DNA from: the human T2T-CHM13v2.0 reference genome, Homo sapiens
Direction: 5' to 3' (one strand)
Length of the DNA stretch: 64,000 bases
Assembly: GCF_009914755.1 (NCBI RefSeq)
Contig: NC_060936.1
The position numbers and the translations under genes are program-made. The notes beneath the pieces were generated by a model. That model was not told where the DNA came from. It did not search any database and worked only from the letters and a program-made list of their open reading frames with translations. This document shows, piece by piece, positions 60,761-64,000 of the stretch. Each line of letters opens with the position of its first letter. Position 1 is the first letter of the stretch.

Positions 60761-63201
60761 GTAAGCCAAACCGTTTCCACTGAGTGCTCTGCATCTGAAG
60801 GTCTTTCATTTTTCTCATACCACCCTCTGAGTACCAGTGACCTTAGCTTCCTTTGAGAGCATGTACCTCCCTCAGTTACAGCCCATGTGGAAGAGGGAGA
60901 GTCTCCGTGATTCTGTTCCCAAGGACGTGAGAGCGCGCAGCAAGGGTGAGAAGCACATGGTGTAGAGCGGATCTGTGATCCATTTGTCTCAATATGTCTT
61001 TCCCAGCTTTTAAATCACTCTTGTGGCATGTTATGTGAGATTTTCATTAAGGCAAACAGTTTGTATTTTATGAAGACATAAAAAAGTCAAGCAAAGATAA
61101 TAAGTGTTGGCACAGACAGGCCCTGTTCTCATTCTCTTTTTCTAAATCCCTTATTGTGAAGAAGGGCTTTGGCCACACATAATCTTCCTTCCCCACCATA
61201 TAGTACCTATTTGTTACTTAAGTTGTCCTGACATTGTTTTTTTTTTTCTCCATGGCCAACACATTTAATTTTAGCTTCTGTAAATTCCTTCAGCTTCTGT
61301 CCCAAAAACCACTTTGATGAAGTCTTCCTACTTTGTTACAGAGGTACATTTATATATTTATTTACTCTACAATAAGATCAGTTTTCTTTTTGGATTAGGA
61401 AGATGTCATGAACTACAGCCTCAGACTGTATACTTAATGCCATAAAGTAGAAAGCAGAACACTTAAATTTCTTAGTTTGGATCAGCTATGGAGTGAGACG
61501 CCTTAGGGAACTTCCTGCCTATGGGAAAATAAAACAAACCTTGGACTTTAAAACTCAGTAGTAGAGGAGTCCTTTTCTTTAAAGAAAAATCTTTCTTTAA
61601 GCAGCATTCCTTAAAGAGCACCTTTTGAATAGAAATTCCACACAGTCGGATTATTTTAATATTTTGTGGCATGCAGTGCCTATGAAAAAAAGTATTTCTG
61701 CTTTAAACAAGATGTACCCAGGAGGCAGGCTTTTCTTCAGTTTCTGTTTCACTGGCTATGATTTAGAGGTGAAAGCCCTTCTTGGGAGTGCTGCAGAACT
61801 AGTTTTAGAAAGATTGATGGTCCAGATACTTGCGATTCTGTCCATTAAGTTATCGATGCTCGTTGCTAAAATGTGGGCCTGCGATCAACTGATATGCAGC
61901 TCCTTTCTACCCACGGATGCTACAGTTTGGTGTGAACTCCGGAAGGTACTTAGATCATTCCAGCTTAAAGGGATCTCTGCCTAGAGTGTCAGAAGACACT
62001 TGAGGACAGAAGGCTGAGACTGGACTGAAAGAGTCGCAAAAGAACTTAAAAATAAAGGAGAGCCTTGACTCTCAAAGCCAATTATGAATTTCTTCTCTGG
62101 AGCTCCCGAAGGGCAGGCCCCCTACGAGTCCAGATGCCAGTCCTTCTCTCTCTGCCTCTCTGTTCCCTCGGGGTCTGTTCAACATTACAGATTATGCCAG
62201 CACAGAGCACGATGGCCACGTTCTGTGGATCGATAGGATGAAACTTGATCTGTGGGTCGAGAGGCTCCTGGTGGCTCCTCTTTCTAAGAAAACCTTACGT
62301 TGATGGCTTAGCATGAGAGACTTCAGTCTTGCTTGTATGTAGAGCATCTTGTGTTTATCATTAAAATTTTATCTGGTGGTTACGATGCTTGTTTTCTGGG
62401 TCAGATCTTGAATCCCTTTTCATTTGAGACAGCGGTGTTTGTGGTTACCTCATTCCCAATCAATGTTGAATTCACCAGGCTTTCTACAGTTATGTATCTC
62501 CAAGGAGCTTCTTAAAGAGACAGTGGCCAACTCACCCCTTCTTTCTCTTGTACTTACCTCGTGTTTCTCTTATTCTTCTTTTTTCCTTCCCTTTTCTCTT
62601 TCTTTTGCACAAGTGGAGTCTGTTCAGAGGCTTAGTTTTATGTACCTAGAGCTAAACTATGAAGCATTTTTGCATTTACACCTATTAAGTACATTTCACA
62701 TCATTGATGGAGAGCAGAATCTCTTCTTCTCACCTTTTCAGCTCTCTATGTAAATATTCCTAGTTTGGGGCCATGCTGCATAGGCCCAGACTGATATTTA
62801 TTGCAGTGAACCTCATGATGGACCCAGTCATGGTTCTTCCCTACTCTCCTTTTCACATAAAACCAGTGAAATCTGAAAATAGTCACTCGTTGATAAACGC
62901 ATTTGACACTCAAATACCCATCATGTGAACAGGACCTGGTGCCTGTCTCCCTGAGGCTTGTTTTTCCAGTGGGGAAACATTCTTTCCAAAGCATTTGATT
63001 GTTCACTCTTTTGTCCGTGAGTCTTTGCTTACTCTACAGTCTTACAAATAATTTCTAGTTAACTTTTCCTGACATTCAAAGCTCTTTGACATTTCTTTCC
63101 AAGCTACCTTTTTCCTTATTACACTTTTCAAGTGTACCTTTGTTTTTTCCACACTGTTCTATTTAGTTACCTCTGACTGCATCATTTTTTTAGTTAAGAT
63201 A

Positions 63202-63398
63202 CAGTCATATGCTGCATAACAGCGTTTCAGTCAATGATGGGCCCCATATATGACATTGGCCATTCATGTACCCTAGGTGTATAGTAGGCTCTGCCACCTG
63301 GGTTTGTGTAAGAACACTCTGTGATGTTTGCACAAATGATAAATTCACCAAAGGATGCATTTTTCTGAGTGTAACCCTGTCGTTTAGTGACACGACTA
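63202..63398 (+). mobile_element. Tigger3-type MITE
   Basis: TA-cagtcatatgctgcataacagcg ... cgtttagtgacacgacta. Confidence 0.72.
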
Positions 63399-63782
63399 TA
63401 TAATTCATATGCCATAAAATTCACTCTTTCAAAGTGTACAATTCAGTGATTTTTTCTTAGTAGATTTACAAGGTTGTGCAACCAACACCACTATCTAATT
63501 CCAGAACATTTTCATCAACTGGAAACCCAGAACCCATTCTTTAAGGCCTACTCCAGTCCTGTCTCCTCCCAGAGATTTCTCTAGCACCGTAGCCTAGCGT
63601 CCACTCTTCTCGGAACTCCTAGAGACGGGACCATCTACAGCTGACAGGGCAACTCATCATGTGGCCTTGCTGTTTCACTGAAACATTTTTTGTTTTATAT
63701 TATTATTTTACTTAGAAATAATATTTAACTTTACAGCCATCTACTGTATTTTCTTTCCAGCAATTTGTAAGCATCTTTTTAA

Positions 63783-64000
<218 letters not shown>

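Overview
Repeat-rich primate (human-like) genomic DNA containing the promoter CpG island and first four coding exons of FBXW8 on the + strand (F-box/WD40 substrate receptor of the CUL7-SKP1 ligase; CDS exons 22112-22429, 39072-39176, 56413-56577, 60672-60760, gene continues past the window). The upstream ~21.8 kb is intergenic: a processed RPL36 pseudogene (~19370-19753) plus dense Alu, LTR, LINE and DNA-transposon fossils. Almost all other ORF-track entries are Alu/L1 or GC-rich artefacts. I see no evidence of a new protein-coding system. The best leads are structural or regulatory: (1) FBXW8 exon 3 begins with GTGAGC, so joining it to exon 2 recreates a near-consensus 5' splice site (CAG|GTGAGC) that looks stronger than exon 3's own donor, a candidate recursive-splicing exon that would remove half the F-box in frame; (2) a ~170-bp inverted duplication whose breakpoint cuts a MADE1 hairpin; (3) a complex templated-insertion scar with a snap-back segment at 18761-18892; (4) four-level nested transposons at 3744-6380. 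Repeat subfamily names are from recall and boundaries are approximate.
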